Source of the DNA: Deferrisomatales bacterium
Lineage (GTDB): Bacteria; Desulfobacterota; Deferrisomatia; Deferrisomatales; JARGFW01
Direction: 5' to 3'
Length of the DNA: 64,000 bases
Assembly: GCA_029211085.1 (NCBI GenBank)
Contig: JARGFW010000003.1
Span: 15,938-79,937, forward strand
Shown: positions 63,496 through 64,000 of the stretch, in pieces
How positions within the stretch are numbered: the first letter of the stretch is position 1
Layout of the letters: every line of letters begins with the position of its first letter
Translations under genes and position numbers: made by a program
The notes under the pieces: generated by a model
Told to the model about the DNA's origin: nothing
What the model saw: the letters and a program-made list of their open reading frames with translations, nothing else
Databases searched by the model: none

Positions 63496-64000
63496 ATGAG
63501 GCACATCGATGCGTTCAACCACTTTTTCCCGAAACGGCTCTGGGAACGGATGGTGGCCTCCGAGGGCAAGGCCCGCGACATCAGCATGCGCATGCGCAGC
63601 GTTCCCGCCATCCACGATCTGGACGTGCGCTTGCAGGTGCTCGACAGGTTCGAGGGGTACAGCCAGATCCTTTCTCTCGGGATGCCCCCCATGGAGGCAC
63701 TGGGTGGACCCGAGGTGGCCACCGAGTTCGCGCGGTTGGGCAACGACGGCCTGGCCGACCTGGTGGCCAAGTATCCGGACCGCTTTCCGGGCTTCGTCGG
63801 GTGCCTCCCCATGAACGCGCCGGAGGCGGCGGCCCGGGAGGCCGAGCGGGCCTTCACCGAGTGTGGCGCGAACGGCCTGCAGATCCACACCAACGTGAAC
63901 GGACTACCCTTGGACGACCCCCGGTTCCTGCCGATCTTCGAGATCGCGGCCCGGTACGACAAGCCGATCCTCCTCCACCCGGCGCGGGGGGCGGACGTGG
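63496..64000 (+). CDS. Amidohydrolase-2 (ACMSD-like decarboxylase/hydrolase) family protein, 3' end outside the window
   Basis: The start is ATG 63496, with AGGAGGGAG upstream. The frame is open to the window end and is not in the ORF track because no stop is reached. The N-terminus is MRHIDAFNHFFPKRLWERM, and the blocks ...GANGLQIHTNVNG...PILLHP are typical of PF04909-type enzymes. Confidence 0.75.
   Translation, partial: MRHIDAFNHFFPKRLWERMVASEGKARDISMRMRSVPAIHDLDVRLQVLDRFEGYSQILSLGMPPMEALGGPEVATEFARLGNDGLADLVAKYPDRFPGFVGCLPMNAPEAAAREAERAFTECGANGLQIHTNVNGLPLDDPRFLPIFEIAARYDKPILLHPARGADV

Overview
This is a high-GC (roughly 65-70% by eye) bacterial chromosomal window, densely coded, with about 55 supportable genes. 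I found no rRNA, tRNA, CRISPR array, transposase, integrase or prophage genes. The ORF track contains many long antisense or alternative-frame shadow ORFs typical of high-GC DNA, and these were discarded. Many true starts are internal to track ORFs and use GTG or TTG. I re-derived them from the track reading frames, so re-assigned starts may be off by a few nt.

Layout:
- **1-2303:** multicopper oxidase with a CopB-like tail.
- **2512-18734:** an accessory-looking block. Two paralogous TLC-type transporter/HEAT/cNMP-domain proteins bracket two operons. One is a five-gene, translationally coupled amidoligase operon on the minus strand (GshB-like ATP-grasp, FGase-family hydrolase, GNAT, RimK-like ATP-grasp, QueC-like PP-loop enzyme). 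The other is a five-gene Dpp/Opp-type ABC importer.
- **18871-24399:** Cu P-type ATPase, a short sulfite/nitrite-reductase-like hemoprotein, and a cystathionine gamma-synthase/lyase-family enzyme.
- **24500-25090:** a HlyD/ABC-2 deletion scar.
- **25196-34248, minus strand:** mutS translationally coupled to TPR protein, exported protein, REC-GGDEF, zinc-ribbon protein, orphan GspE/MshE-like ATPase, CheX-like phosphatase and CheY.
- **34373-42051:** housekeeping genes (lapA-like, yfcE-like, dtd, NFACT/RqcH-like, sppA, rpsA, cmk, engB).
- **42298-46984:** a cluster of unknown function (DUF4388-like protein, and a secreted repeat protein with an EB_dh/DOMON-like domain).
- **47106-64000:** yqgE, an MltD-like transglycosylase, uvrA, trmL, a PilZ-like protein, a GNAT, recN, nadK, rarA, an Fe-S protein, a DUF2461-like protein, a decayed TRAP-permease remnant, and a 3'-truncated amidohydrolase.

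The best candidates for novel biology are the amidoligase operon with its bracketing transporter paralogues, and the c-di-GMP/CheY module. That module is built around an orphan secretion-type ATPase and a zinc-ribbon protein that ends in a CheY-docking-like peptide. Two pairs of conserved intergenic sequence elements are also reported.

Taxonomy cannot be assigned from the window. All family assignments come from motif recognition by eye, not from database searches.
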